Below, piece after piece: positions 37,097 through 50,956 of a stretch of DNA of 64,000 nucleotides. The notes beneath the pieces were generated by a model. That model worked only from the letters and a program-made list of their open reading frames with translations. It was not told where the DNA came from and made no database searches. Position 1 is the first letter of the stretch. Every line of letters begins with the position of its first letter. Source of the DNA: Enoplolaimus lenunculus (Eukaryota); contig JASANG010001881.1 in NCBI GenBank assembly GCA_030248215.1, positions 310,001 through 374,000 on the forward strand, given 5' to 3'. The translations under genes and the position numbers were made by a program.

Positions 37097-40000
37097 ATTT
37101 AAAATTTAGAAAATTGGCAATTTTTAATTTTAAATATAAAAATTTATACAATTACGGATTTTTGGAATTTTATCCAAAATTCAGCTAAAACAATCGTCTT
37201 TATAATTTATTTGACTTAAAACTATGTGAAATACAACTAATTCCACCACTAAACGATAATAAGGATCGTAGCGGATTAAGGATTTCTCGGCGAGAGTAAT
37301 GAGTCTGAATTGCATACAGAAGTATTTCCTGCTGTATCAACTGAGGCCTGCTTTGACTCAAAACGCTGCTTTGCAGGGTACAAGAGGATGTCTGCCACCG
37401 GCTCCAGCTCCGGCAGAAAATCGGGCATCCGGCCCTGGCTCCGGCTTCGGTAGAATTTTTGCCAGATGATCCGGCAATTTCGGTAGTAAAATGTTGCTTA
37501 ATTTGTAAAATTTATCTGTTTAGCGCGTTTCGTTTTACTTTTGTCGCAATTTTCTGGAAAGAATTTCCGATATTTCGTAGAAAATTAGCGTAAAACCAAA
37601 CAACTTAACAACATATTGCAGATATCGGCTAAAATTAACTAATTAACCATCATATTTAATACATTATTTCGCCTCACCTCCGGCTCCGGCTTCGGCTCCG
37701 ACAAGTTTCGTTGACGTCCGGCTCCGGCTCTGGCTCTGGTATTTTTCACCTCCGGTTGCACCCTGATGCATACCTATAACATTCAAGCTACAAATCTATA
37801 TTTGCTTATATTTATACAGTCTTGTAATTCTCTCAGTTTTATTTTGACACCAGATTGAGCGTTCATTGATGATTACGTATTTGTTGAATTTAGGCAGCAG
37901 TTATATGTTTTTCAATTTTTCCGTTTTTTCCAGCCGATTCAATTATTGTGTAAAACAGCCAACCCTGGTATAAACCATTTTCGAACATAAAAATTAGCCA
38001 AAAACGCAATTAAACGTTATAATTTGTTGTTTTTTGAATTGACATCATTCAGTTTGCAACCAAACATCAAAGCAATTCATTTCGACAGGCAGATCTGACT
38101 TGAAATTATAAACTATACTGTAAATTCGAACGAGTTAATCAACTCAGAGAGAGAGAGAGAATTATTTATTTCTGGTTATTTTGAAGTTAAAAATACATTA
38201 AACTCGCTCTGAGTTAATTTAATTCCAGGTGAGCTAATTCATTAACTCAGAATTAGTTCGTTGATTTCAGTATTCTGAGTTCTGAAAGACTTCATTCAGC
38301 GCTTTGACTTCTCAGTGGAATCAACTCATTCTGAGAGTTAAAATCAACTCACTGCAATTTACAGTGTAGCTGAAAATAAACAATGTTTTCATTTACATAC
38401 CAACGAAACAGAATTAACATATTAATACAAAAACCCCAACTGACATTGAAACGTAAGCTTAATCAAACATTTATCGTTTGATTTGGCAAATTATCAAATA
38501 GTCATTTTAGTTCAAGCCAGGACTCCGGTTTTTGTAGCCAAAAAATGAGTGAAAACAATAAAAATAATTATATAAAATAAAGAAACATCACCGCCATGAT
38601 TGCTTAAATTTGCAAGATCCTTCGTTTTTCGATCGACAACTTTGTATCCGCTTAGTTGAATATGGTTTGTAGTACCAATCCCGTATTTAAGTTTCGTTTG
38701 GCTGTTTATAAGCCTCAATGTATACCCTGTAAATTTCAGTGAGTTGATTTTCACTCAGAATGAGTTGGATCACTCAGACTGAATTAGGACTATCAGAAGT
38801 CAGAATTTTGAGTTGATTCAATTGATTGTGAGTTAATTAATCAACTCACCCAAAGTCAACTCAACTTAGAGTGAGAGTCAACTCAACTCAGAGAGTTGAA
38901 TTGATTAATCAGCTCATTGGAATTTAAAATGTAGGTATCGCGGACGCGGGGAGACATGTTGCAAAATTAAGAACTTGACCATCGGTCTGTATGGAGATTT
39001 ACTCACTAAGGTGATCCCTAAAGCATATGCCTACCAGGCTCCAAGTTCCCGGTGTCCTTGTCTTTCGGTACGTTTCTGTAACGGGACGGCTTATTGACAT
39101 CTTGGCCAATGTTACTTTAAGTGGTGTAACAATAGGTTAAGCGTATTCCTAAGCCTAAGCCTAAAAGTTGCAAAAATGAGTTCCTAAGCCTAAGCCTAAG
39201 CAAAAAATATAATCCAGAATCTAAACCTATTCTTTTATAGACCAACCAGAAACCTCGACGCCCCTTTAAAGTAACATGGGTTGACATCTTTGTGACCTAA
39301 AATCAACTAAATGCGGAATAAAATGGCTGACAGATTAAAGTTTACACAAATTACAAATTCAGATGCGTTAATAGGAAAGTTTGCCCGTTGAAAACTTTTT
39401 AATGTTTGAAAATGACTATTTTCAATTTTCTATTGCTGCTTATCATTGGTTGACTTTTCGAAATCCGCTTAAATCATATCCCACACCAACATAATTTGAA
39501 AATTTTTTTGATTTTTTGGCTCTGTTGAGGTATTTCGTTATCGTTACTGACGTTGAGGCAGAGTGAACAACAGTTCACCGTTGGAATACCAAAGGTGAAT
39601 CTCAGCCTAACCCTAAGGTTCCAAACTGGATGACCCTGGCGATGATCAAAATATTTTTCAAATTCAGGTGAATATTAACGGCTATTTTTTCTTTTTAGGG
39701 GCGGGGGTCTGGATTGGCACCGGCCCGGGCCTGGGCCCACGGACCCGGGCCTGTCCCGAACCCGGGCCCAATCGTTGGGCCTGCGACGTTGTATAAATTT
39801 TTTTTTGAATTTGCGTGTTTTAGTTCCAAACTGTAACCGACTCTAAAAACCAAAACGGTTGACACCAGAAACCCTGTAGCAACGTCCTTAGAATTTAGGC
39901 TCTTATTATTTTTAAAAGGTTTTCAAAATAAAAACAATAAAGAATTTTTTAACATTTTGCCTTAAAGTTTTTGCCTAAAGCTTGCCTCAAGCCTAAGCCT

Positions 40001-40862
40001 TATTTTGTATCTTCAAAATTTTTTCAATGGACATATTTTTCCGTCACCTAATTGTGTATATATGCACCTACTTTAAATCCTTAAATCACAACTATTTGCA
40101 CCTATACCGATGTAAAAACTATTTCACTCCACGTTAGTAATTAAGCTTGTTGACTATTGGAATTTTTCGTAGGCCCGGATGGAAAGCGATGGTACCGGTT
40201 CGGGTCCGGACCCTTAAAACCAGTCTGGTCCAACCCTGATGGAGAACTCTCGCTGGGTCGAGCACCCCATAATTAGGGGTATGAGAGGTGGCTAATCCGG
40301 CTCGGCCTGAGAGATGAAGTTTTAGGCGTATTTGGCTCCGTTTGGTATTTGGGCACCAGGTTTAAATTGCGTTAAACCGAGTTTTAGTTTGGAATTTAGT
40401 GGATACATTATTTAGTTATGGTAAAGCGCTATCGACTGATAAAAATGGTCATAAACAATACATTTTTGGTTTACAATAGATTATACACGAGACCTTTATT
40501 TACCTATATTTTAGTAAAAACTAAACTTGAATTGAAATATTAAGTAATTTCAGCCAACTAAAATATGATCACGGGATTTTACTAAAACTTAGCCACAATC
40601 GAGTTTGAATGCAATTAGCGAAATGGCGTTTGAACATTTTTAATTCTGTTGAATATTTCATAATTGTTTACAATCGGAAATATCTTATTACACTGCAAAT
40701 ATAAGCAAACTTCAGCGGCTATTGTTTGCAACAAAAAGTTTAAACTCAAAACTTTGCCAAAGTTTGCCGAAACTTATTTATGATTTGGATTCAACGGCCA
40801 TAAATACTCTGGATTCCTATCATTGTGTCAGTGGACAAACTTGCAGTATATAGGCATAGATT

Positions 40863-41035
40863 GGCCCACGTTATTTTAAGGGGCGTTCAGGTTTCTGTTG
40901 GGTCTATAAAACAGTAGGTTTAGATTCTAGATTACCTTTTTTGCTTAGGCTTAGGCTTAGGCTTACGCTTAGGCTTCGGTTTATATTTAGGAATACGCTT
41001 AATCTACTGGTACGCCCCTTAAAATAACACTGGCC
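40863..41035. mobile_element. Family B MITE (GGCCAATGTTAC termini, 8-bp TSD) with internal TTAGGC array
   Basis: Perfect TSD catagatt on both sides; other copies at about 6539-6724, 9922-10077, 23791-23962, 31079-31276, 39104-39282 (TSD gacatctt), 44593-44774. Confidence 0.85.
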
Positions 41036-41103
41036 CATAGATTAATAAAGAAAGAGAAGACGGCTGGAATATAATGTGTGCACGCTTTGGAATTTAGAGG
41101 ATA

Positions 41104-42089
41104 GTAAATTACTTAGATAAGTTGTTTTAGTAAATTACTTAGCTAAAGTTGTTTCAGTAAATTACTTAGCTAAAGTTGTTTCAGTAAATTACTTAGCTAA
41201 AATTGTTTTAGTAAATTACTTAGCTAAAGTTGTTTTAGTAAATTACTTTGCTAAAGTTGTTTTAGTAAATTACTTAGATAAAGTTGGTTTAGTAAAATAC
41301 TTAGCTAAAGTTGGTTTAGGAAATTACTTAGCTAAAGCTGTTTTAGTAAATTACTTAGCTAAAGTTGTTTTAGTAAATTACTTAGCTAAAGTTGTTTTAG
41401 TAAATTACTTTGCTAAAATTGTTTAGTAAATTACTTAGCTAAAGTTGTTTTAGTAAATTACTTTGCTAAAGTTGTTTTAGTAAATTACTCAGCTAAAGTT
41501 GTTTTAGTAAATTACTTAGCTAAAGTTGTTTTAGTAAATTACTTAGCTAAAGTTGGTTTAGTAAATTATTTAGATAAAGTTGTTTTAGGAAATTACTTAG
41601 CTAAAGTTGTTTTAGTAAATTACTTAGATAAAGTTGGTTTAGTAAAATACTTAGCTAAAGTTGGTTTAGGAAATTACTTAGCTAAAGTTGTTTTAGTAAA
41701 TTACTTTGCTAAAGTTGTTTTAGTAAATTACTCAGCTAAAGTTGTTTTAGTAAATTACTTAGCTAAAGTTGTTTTAGTAAATTACTTAGCTAAAGTTGGT
41801 TTAGTAAATTACTTAGATAAAGTTGTTTTAGGAAATTACTTAGATAAAGTTGTTTTAGTAAATTACTTAGATAAAGTTGGTTTAGTAAAATACTTAGCTA
41901 AAGTTGGTTTAGGAAATTACTTAGCTAAAGTTGTTTTAGTAAATTACGTAGCTAAAGTTGGTTTAGTAAATTACTTAACTAAAGTTGTTTAGTAAATTAC
42001 TTAGCTAAAGTTGTTTTAGGAAATTACTTAGCTAAAGTTGTTTAGTAAATTACTTAACTAAAGTTCTTGTAGTTAAATACTTAGCTAAA
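41104..42089. repeat. 27-bp satellite AGTAAATTACTTAGCTAAAGTTGTTTT (about 36 copies)
   Basis: Direct tandem array with recurring variant blocks. Confidence 0.97.
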
Positions 42090-43377
42090 GATGCTTTCAA
42101 ATATATTTTAGTATATTTTGAAGTGGCAGCACCCATGGTTTAAAGTAAAAAGTGTCCATACAGCACTACTCTATAACAGAAAGACGTTAAAAGCTATATT
42201 GTCGATGTTTGACCGAATATATAATCCTATAAGGAAGACACTAAACTTGTTCGACGCCGTCCGCAGATTTCGCCGATCGGCGTCGACAAATTGCGCCGCC
42301 GTATGTTACTGGACGGCGCTGAGGCATTTAAAAAGTTAACAGTAAAGCAAAAACCACAGACAACGTTCTATTCGTTGTCTGATGAAACCCCAGAAGCCAA
42401 TGGTTTAAACTTAAACAAAAAACTGTTCATAAAACTAAAAACTCAACTTCAGCAACACAAACAAACAACAGAAAACGAAAAAGTTTAATTGAAATAAATA
42501 CTTGAGGGAACGAGGTTGTTTACTTATTAGATATAAGGTATCTTGTGGTCTCGGCAGCATAACCAATGTGACTAGAAACACATTAGGTGGCACTGTAATT
42601 CAGGCCACGGTTAAAAGCCTAAACTATAATTTAAGGTTCTATTTTCACATACGCCATAGGTTTGGAGTACAGAAAGCTTTAGAGCCTAAAAATATTCCTT
42701 CCATTTAGGAGTTTGAAGCTCCTAAACAGCAAGGGTGACGTTATACTTTTGATGACGTCCGGCGCCGTCCGTTACCGGCCGTTGCCGTTCGGTGCCCTGC
42801 GCTGTCGTTAGGCACCGCACCGTAACGCACATTTATTGCCGTATAAGCACGGCGTATCAGTTTGTAAACAAACATTTTTGACGTGCGGACGGCACCGAAC
42901 GGCGCCATACGACAACTACAGCGTGACCCTAGAAGCCGGTGCGATTCAGCCCTTTCTGCAAACCTTATGCCCTCTGAAGCATTCTTCGTTTGTCAAATAA
43001 GCTAAATGCCTTTTGGACAGTTCCACCGCGTTTTGGCAAATGCATGCAAATATGAAAACACCAACAAGATCAAATTTAGTTAGAGCCTGCTTGCTAAGCG
43101 CAGTCTTAGGTCATCTCAGGTCACAACCTTCATCAAACGAACCAATCTGGTTGAAGTCGCTTTGTTTATCTTTATTGGACATCTTAATATTTATATTCTG
43201 TGGCTGGAATTTTAAGCGAGTCAATTTTTTCATTACACTACAGCTGTTTTGTACGGTTTATTTTGAACAAACTACTACACATATTGAACAAACTTTAGGG
43301 TACAACAGTCATACGGTCTATCGAAGCGACAATGGACTGACAAACTGACTTAAATCTAATACTGAACCAAGGTTGAC

Positions 43378-46295
43378 ATGGAGGTAAGCAGTCATTAAAA
43401 ATATACAATAAATAAATAAATAAATAAATAAGCAAATAAATAAATAAATAAATATACAAATAAATAAGTAAATAAATAAGTAATTAAATAAACAAACAAA
43501 TAAGTAAATATATAAACAAATAAATAAACAAACAAATAAATAAACAAGCAAACAAATAAGTAAATAAATAAATAAATAAATAAACAAATAAATAAATAAA
43601 CAAATAAATAAATAAATAAATAAGTAAATAAATATATCAAGAAATAAATAAATATAAGCAATATTTAATAGACGTAAAATATATATTACCGCTGACGATT
43701 AAGGAATTTTAGTAATTGTTTAAAATTGCCGAATACCATTTTAACATCGCGTTTTAATTAAACACCAAAATGCTTTTATTAATCGTTTTAATTGAATTTT
43801 GCAATCATGCAATTCATTTTAGAGTTTTTCCGCTTACAAAAATCCGATTTCAGAGACGTCGGTGGAAACACCAAAAGCGTCTAAAACAGCGTTTTATTTC
43901 AGCCACGGTTGATTGGTTAATCAAAAATCAAAAACTCCACTAAACTTTAATGCTGAGGCAGTAGTTTATTTCTCAACAGCCACCAGATTAGACAGCTCGC
44001 TATGTTTAGTTTTGAAACTTGGGGCACTGGGAATTAAGGGCAGCGGCAGATCCCGAAATTTCTGCCTTGGGTGGGCTGGTAAAAGGTATGAAATGTAACT
44101 TTTAATGCATGCAATACATGTGCCAATTTTCTGAAGGGTAAAATTGTAAGATAGGGCAGACCTTTCTATTTTATCACAAAATACTGACGGGGGTGTACGC
44201 CGCCACACCCCACTCTTTTATCACTACTGATTAGGGCGTATGAAAAAATCTCAAAAAATAAGTTTTTTCCAACTTAATTTTATGCGGAGTCAAAGACCAA
44301 TTTTGACCATATATTATATATTGAAACCATATCGGATCAAGTTGAGCAAACTATGAAATCATTCCTAGCTGCGTGATAGTAATAGCACCAATCGGAATAC
44401 AATATATAAGCCGAAAAAACATCTTTTGTCTTAGGACGACAAGGTTTTTCGTTTATGTTTGCTCACTAGTTTAGTGCTTTGAACGGCTATTATCCGGTAA
44501 CCGCTGAAACCGTTGAGGTCAAACCTTTCTTATTAATGGTACAAAATACATTAATAGACCCTTAACTGGCGTGATTCGTCGAAAAAATGACCATTGCCAC
44601 TTTTAGGGATGTAACTAAAGATTAAGCATATTCTTAAGCCTAAAGTGTAAGCGTTGCAAACACTGCATTCGTAATCCTGTCTGCCTAACAAAAATATAGT
44701 CTAAAATCTAAGCCTACTCTTTTACAGTAGCACCAAAAATGCAACGGCCTTAGCACCTAAAAGTAACATGAGCCAAAGTAGTAATAACGAAAGTTAATAA
44801 TGTTTATTTGGAACGGGGCCTGGGGTATGCAGATTGTAAACAGTTTTAGCTACAGATGCATAAGAACCCAGGGTTCTCTATGGATATCCTCGATATTTCC
44901 AGCCTCAAATAGTTTCAAAAACATTAAAATAATTCTATGTTTGTTAATGACGATTTATTTTCAGGTTTACGAACAACTTTGCAGTGAAGGTGGGACATGT
45001 AAAGTGCCGCCAAAGAAATCACTGGCCGCAAGAGAACATATTACAAGGTTTGTTTATCTATGATTTGACAACCGGAATTGTAAATAGAAGTCTTTCCAAT
45101 AGACCGCAATTTAAAGTTACAAATTCTACTGTTATGTTCAGAAATTGTTGCAAACGTAAGACGCGACGACTACTTGTAATTTCGAAAATAAAAGTAGATG
45201 TCGTTTGAAAATTTTTGAAAACCTAACAATAGGCAAGCGTCAATTGCCAATGTATTTTTCCACACGGTGTACACGAGATATTTTGGAGCTCGCATAAATG
45301 CATTGTGCGTTGCAATCTAAAATGTTTTTTGCTAAATGTAGAAAAATTCTAAGCTCAATCACCAGTGTTGCTAAAATTGCTATTTTGTATCAAAACAGAA
45401 TGTGAGAGTGGACGTTTGTTAGCGAGGAACCGAAACGTTATAAAAGCATAACAAACCAATTTCAGAGTGGTTTGTAATTTTGATACGATTAACTTTCAAG
45501 TGAACACCACTACCGGGTATAAACTATAATAGTTTAGTACCAAAAAGGAAGTTTGCTTAAATCTTATGTAAACAGCGGATATCCAAAGCTTGGGAGTCAA
45601 TCATTTCAACCAAACCGCGACTGCATATTGCAACTGCACTTCATTGCATCTAAAAATTGCCGCTATAACTTGCACGTGCAAATTTTTGCAGCGAGAACTT
45701 GCAACTGCACCTTGCAGCTGCAAATTTTATCCCGAAATCGACTACAAGGTGCAGCAGCAAGTTAAAAAGTGGCACTTGCAACTTGCAACTGTGAGTTCTC
45801 TCTGAAAAAACTTGCACGCGCGAATAGAGTTTTAAGCACTTTTGTACACTGTACATTCCAATGAGTTAATTAATCAACTCATACGGAAAGTCAGCTACTT
45901 TTGAGCTATAAACAAATAAACTTTAACTCACTCTTCGACCTGATTCTCACTGTGAGTTGGATTCCGGTAGGAGTTGATTAATTAAATCAGAATTACAGTA
46001 TAGTTGCCAGTTATTATCATTCAATTTCAGGTCAGCCTCAACCAAACCCAGCACGTCGCCAACGTCTGCCGGAAAGTTCCTAGCGTCCGCTCCGGATTCT
46101 GTCAAAACGGAAAATGCTAAATCACGAAACGCTGAACAATTTGTCAATATACTAATAATTGGCGGATTTATAACACTTGGTGTGTTTATATTCGTCAGCC
46201 TTGTGCTTGAAATCTTGTCGCTAATTGCAATTTCACGCTCAAACTATGAAATCACCAGATCTGCACAGTATCATGGACTTGAAGAATTGGTGTAA
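43378..46295 (+). CDS. Short/truncated type II membrane protein, paralog C (exons 43378-43383, 44965-45047, 46031-46295)
   Basis: ME|VYEQLCSEGGTCKVPPKKSLAAREHITR|SASTKP...ILIIGGFITLGVFIFVSLVLEILSLIAISRSNYEITRSAQYHGLEELV*. Canonical splice sites; same 0/2 intron phases and motifs as paralog A (YEMWCKSDPVCK; VSLLLGVLSLIS). Confidence 0.7.
43405..43660. repeat. (AAAT/AAAC)n microsatellite
   Basis: Tetranucleotide repeat in the first intron of paralog C; a smaller one at about 15490-15540. Confidence 0.95.
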
Positions 46296-46354
46296 AACTG
46301 CTTTTATTGGTTAAAACTGTGCATAAAAGTATCAGAGAGCCCTCTTGTTTACAG

Positions 46355-46516
46355 GGTTCATGTAAAGATCAGGCGCAGATAGTTTTTCTGTGTGAGAGTA
46401 GAATAAACTAAGCTTAAGGCTAATTTTTTGCTTGGCTTAGACTTAGGTTTAGGCTTTAGGCGTAGGCTTTGAAATATGTTTATATAACTTTTTCGCCCCT
46501 GTTCTTTACATTGGCC
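46355..46516. mobile_element. Family A MITE with perfect 8-bp TSD
   Basis: gtttacag at 46347-46354 and 46517-46524; internal degenerate TTAGGC units. Confidence 0.85.
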
Positions 46517-49500
46517 GTTTACAGTTTCGCAAATGATGTTAATATTCTTCAGAAATGGTTACCTGGCTACGCCCTTAGGTGTATAAATGGTTTATGTCCA
46601 TTTCACGCCATGTCTAAAGTGAAGACTCTGGCTGACGCTTAGGCAAATGTTCAAGCTTCGCCTTTAGGCTTAGTTAAACCTTTTCCTAAACCTAAGCCTA
46701 CCAAGAGTGGCGGGAAGTCTATAAGAGCCATTTTTGACCTAAGCCGTAGCCAGGGTTTATTTCCAAGCAATATAAAAGTAACTGGTCTTCCTAAGGGGCA
46801 TATCGAATGACAAATTTCAGCTCTAAGAATCCATACGAAGGTTATTGTCAAACCTCTTCAGGTGACTGGTGTATGTCTTGAGTAAAATACACTCGTCCTA
46901 AAAGGTGTAGCAGCCAAAATAATTTGATTTCGGAAACATATTTCAGTTGTTTGCGATAAATTGTTGCAAGTGAAAAATATTTTTGGATCTCTAAGAACCA
47001 GGAAACTTAATATTTTCAAACGTTTGAACTTCAAATTTTAAGAGCATGTCTCTCACGGGGGTATGTCTTACGACCTTTGTGTTCTCACCAGGTCTTTACC
47101 AGTACCTTTAAGTTTCAAGGCAGCTATGAGTAGAAATGTGGACGAAACTAAAAAATCCTAAGCCTCACGTTATGTCTAAGCCTTAAGCCTAAGGATAACA
47201 CTATGCGAAATCCTAAGGCTGAGCCTATGCTTAAGCTTATTAAGGCTAAGCCTACTCTGTAAATTTCAATGAGTTGATTAATCAATTAAACTAGCCAGTT
47301 GGTTATGTGAATTACTATCAGTAAACATTAACTCACTCTGAGTTGAGTTGATTCTACACTCTGAGTTGAGTAGACTCTGGGTGAGTTGGTTAATTAGCTC
47401 AGGTGATTCAACTCATTCTGAGCTAAAATCAACTCACTGAAATTTACAGTGTATGTATAAAAGCTAAGCCTATGCGTAAAAGGCTAAGCCTATGCGGAGC
47501 ATAAGGCTAATTCTATGCGTCAACATAAACGTAAGCCTACGGCTAAGCATAAAGCTATGCCTATGCCTTATCCTAAACATAAGTTTAACATGAGCCATAT
47601 TCCCACTCGGTGTACAATGAACTGGTGAAAACACTAATGGCTAAAGTTTACGCTTGTTTTGTATGCAAAAAGGTGAATTTTAGAAATTTCTAATTCTAAA
47701 GCATTCAAACGGACTCTGATTCCCTAACTGATCCACAGCCTTTAGGCATCGGCTTACGCTTAAACTTAGACTTAGTTGTATATCCTTTATAGTCAGGTAA
47801 CAGGCCTACAAATTTATCAAACATATCCAGATTTGGCAAACCGTTTTGACCAAATGCAATTCGCCCGTACACGTGGCAACATCAGTTGAACAAAAACAAA
47901 CAAAGACAACATTTTCACAAATTAGAATCGATAAAAAAGCCCCGCTACAGTATGACTGATCCATATTTTATAATCTGAACCAAAGATCTGTGTTCGACTC
48001 TACCTGAGTCAAATTCGACTCAGAGATCGACTCGGGTGAGTCGAATTTGACTCTGGCGGAGTTGAATTCGACACTGTTTGTGTAGTCCGGAAAAGCCTAT
48101 TTCGGAAAGAGTCAATTTGACTCACCATCTTTTGCAGTGTGGGGGCAGGGTGTAACACCGACTGTGAAAAATACCGGAGCCGGATCCGGAGGTCAACGAA
48201 ACTTGCTGGAGCCGGAGCCGGAGGCAAACCTCCGGTTGTACCCTGGCGGAGGGACGACACCGACTAAAACGTCTAAAATATTTGTTCTAAAATGGAATTT
48301 TAAAATACAATTAGCCAATCATGTTAATGATTATTCAATAAACCCAAGCTTGTTCCTGTGACAAAAACATTTGGATTCGCCGGTACAGCTCACCTCGTCA
48401 CTTAGAAAGTAAGAGTTGTGCTATACTTTACTGTGCCGGACACCGCCGCCCGCGAGTTGCTCCAAAAATCTGGTGGCATTTTTAATAAATTTTACGGTAC
48501 CGTATGCCGGCGCCGTCCGGCGACCCAATGTGAGTATAGCGCAACCATAATAATTGTCCAAGTTTATATACGAAGCCTCTGAAAGTCTCTAAATGTACTA
48601 CTGCACTGTTTGGTAGGTGTGGTTTATCGATTTTACCCTGGCCCATTTATAGTTACAATGGTCTGTCATCTAAACCTAAGCCTAAACCTAAGCCTGAAGC
48701 TAAGACTAAATCTTTCAGCTTAAGCTTATCAGCTCCCAGTATTCCAGATCGCTATATATTTACCATGGGTTAATCCTTGTTTCACCAGTGCTATCTACCA
48801 CTCCGGTCATGCCTCAGGATCATTTGATGTTTGAAGATTGTTGCCGCAAAACGGTACCTATACCCGGTTAAAAACCTAAAATGATTGATGATGCCGAGAG
48901 CTGTGGACAATTAGGCAAACTGGTTGATATTTTTCAAACCAGCTTTATGTTTTAATTTGTTATCGCATGGCTCTTAAACAGGCATCTCAAATATGACTAA
49001 GACCAACGTAGATTCTTTAGGTTTTGCTTAGTTGGTAGAAAATTTGTAATTTAGTTTTTGTACAGACTTTCTGCACAGGCTTAGGCTTAGCAAAAAGGGC
49101 TGTTTTGGCCGGAACGTAAGCGTGAGCCAAAGCTTAACCGTTCTCTTAAATGTGGAAAATGTACAAAAGAACGTAACTGTTTATTGTCTACATGAAATGT
49201 TTAATTATAACAGTAATATAGGGTGCAATCGGAGGTGAAAAATACCGGAGCCGGAGGTCAACAAACTTTGCCGGAACCGAAGCCGGAGGTAATGTGAAAT
49301 CAGGTAGTTAAAATGACATTAAATTTGTTTATTTTAGCAAATATCTGCAATGTGTTGTTCAATCGTTTGACTTTACACTTATTTTTCATGAAATAGCAAA
49401 TTTTTTTTTCAAAATTGTGCCAAACTTTAAAACTAAACACGCCAAACGCAGATATATTTTGTAAAAGTTTCATTTTCCTACCGAAATTGCCAGCACCTCC

Positions 49501-49949
49501 GAAAAAAATTCAACCGGATCCAGAAGTTTATTTTCTGTCAGAGCCGGAGCCGGAGGCAGACCTCCGCTTGTTCCCTGCTGTAACAGAAAACAAGCTGCTA
49601 AGGACGTAAATGTCCTGAAATAAGCCACTCAATGTAAGTAAGCGCCTGTCAAATACGCATGAAAGGAAGCGAAAATAAGTTTTAATTAAATTTAACAGAA
49701 TTTAGTTAAACATTTATTTTGCTTTAAAATCACATTCCAAACTAAAAAAATTTAAATGGCATTTAGCCATTCCTGAATTATCTTTGGCTTCGGACACTAG
49801 TACCGAGCCTAGTGTAGTGAAGACCCTGACCAAAGCCAATGGAAGGGAAACCCAAAGCTACTACGCCCCTAGCTTTTAACCACGGTGGCGCAATCTTCGC
49901 GAAAAAGACGGTGGCCGTGGCCAATTCAGAAAATTATGAAGCGAAAAGA

Positions 49950-50396
49950 GGGGGTGGTGGAGCGAATTTACGGGGTGGGGGAGCGAATTTACGGGGTGGG
50001 GGAGCGAATTTGCGGGGTGGTGGAGCGAATTTAAGGGGTGGTGGAGCGAATTTACGGGGTAATGGGGCGAATTTATGGGGTAATGGAGCGAATTTATGGG
50101 GTAATGGAGCGAATTTACGGGGTCGTGGAGCGGATTTACGGGGTGGTGGACCGAATTTAAGGGGTAATGGAGCGAATTTACGGGGTGGTAGAGCGAATTT
50201 AAGGGGTAATGGAGCGAATTTACGGGGTGGTAGAGCGAAGTTACGGGGTGGTGGACCGAATTTAAGGGGTAATGGAGCGAATTTACGGGGTGGGGGAGCG
50301 AATTTACGGGGTGGTAGAGCGAATTTAAGGGGTAATGGAGCGAATTTACGGGGTGGTAGAGCGAAGTTACGGGGTGGTGGAGTGAATTTAAGGGGT
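49950..50396. repeat. 21-bp G-rich minisatellite GGAGCGAATTTACGGGGTGGT (about 21 copies)
   Basis: Direct tandem units with strong G/C strand skew. Confidence 0.95.
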
Positions 50397-50956
50397 ACTG
50401 ATTTACACCGAGCGAGAATTCACGGGAGATTGCAAGACGTAATAACAGAAACTTCAATAGCGGAGTATATAAGCGAGATAACAAGCAGATTTTTAAAAAT
50501 TACAAAATTGCCGGTTTGAAGCAAAGCCCCTTATTTTTAAATTTTGTCATTGGCCCTTAAATGTGTGGACCAATCCAAAATTTGTAAAACCAGCTGCTCA
50601 CCTACAGGTAACAAAATTTTGTCACTGCTAAAAACGTGTTTCAACCCATTTGTTAAAGACGTGGATACATGTAAAGATCAGGAGCGGAACGCTTTTCTCT
50701 CGGGCAAGAACAGAGTAAGCTTAAGCTTTTGACTATTTTTTTGCTTGGCTTATAGGCTTAAGCTTAGGTTTACGCTTAGGAATATGCTTATAATCTTGTT
50801 CCGCCCGTGTTCTTTACATTGGCCAAGACGTAAGGAATCCTACCGCGTTCCATCTGATATTTTTAGCCACTACAGGCCCATAGCCAGTTCACCTTTCTAG
50901 GAGAGACTGGAAAATATATATTATTAAGGGTATACAAGAGTTTGCGATGATTTTAT

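Noticed and set aside
43318..43661. Hydrophobic FIYL-repeat ORFs
   Set aside because: (AAAT)n microsatellite.
49839..50519. 226-aa Gly-rich GGANLRG ORF resembling a pentapeptide or RGG protein
   Set aside because: Explained by a 21-bp minisatellite with an equally long antisense ORF and no independent coding evidence; not fully excluded.
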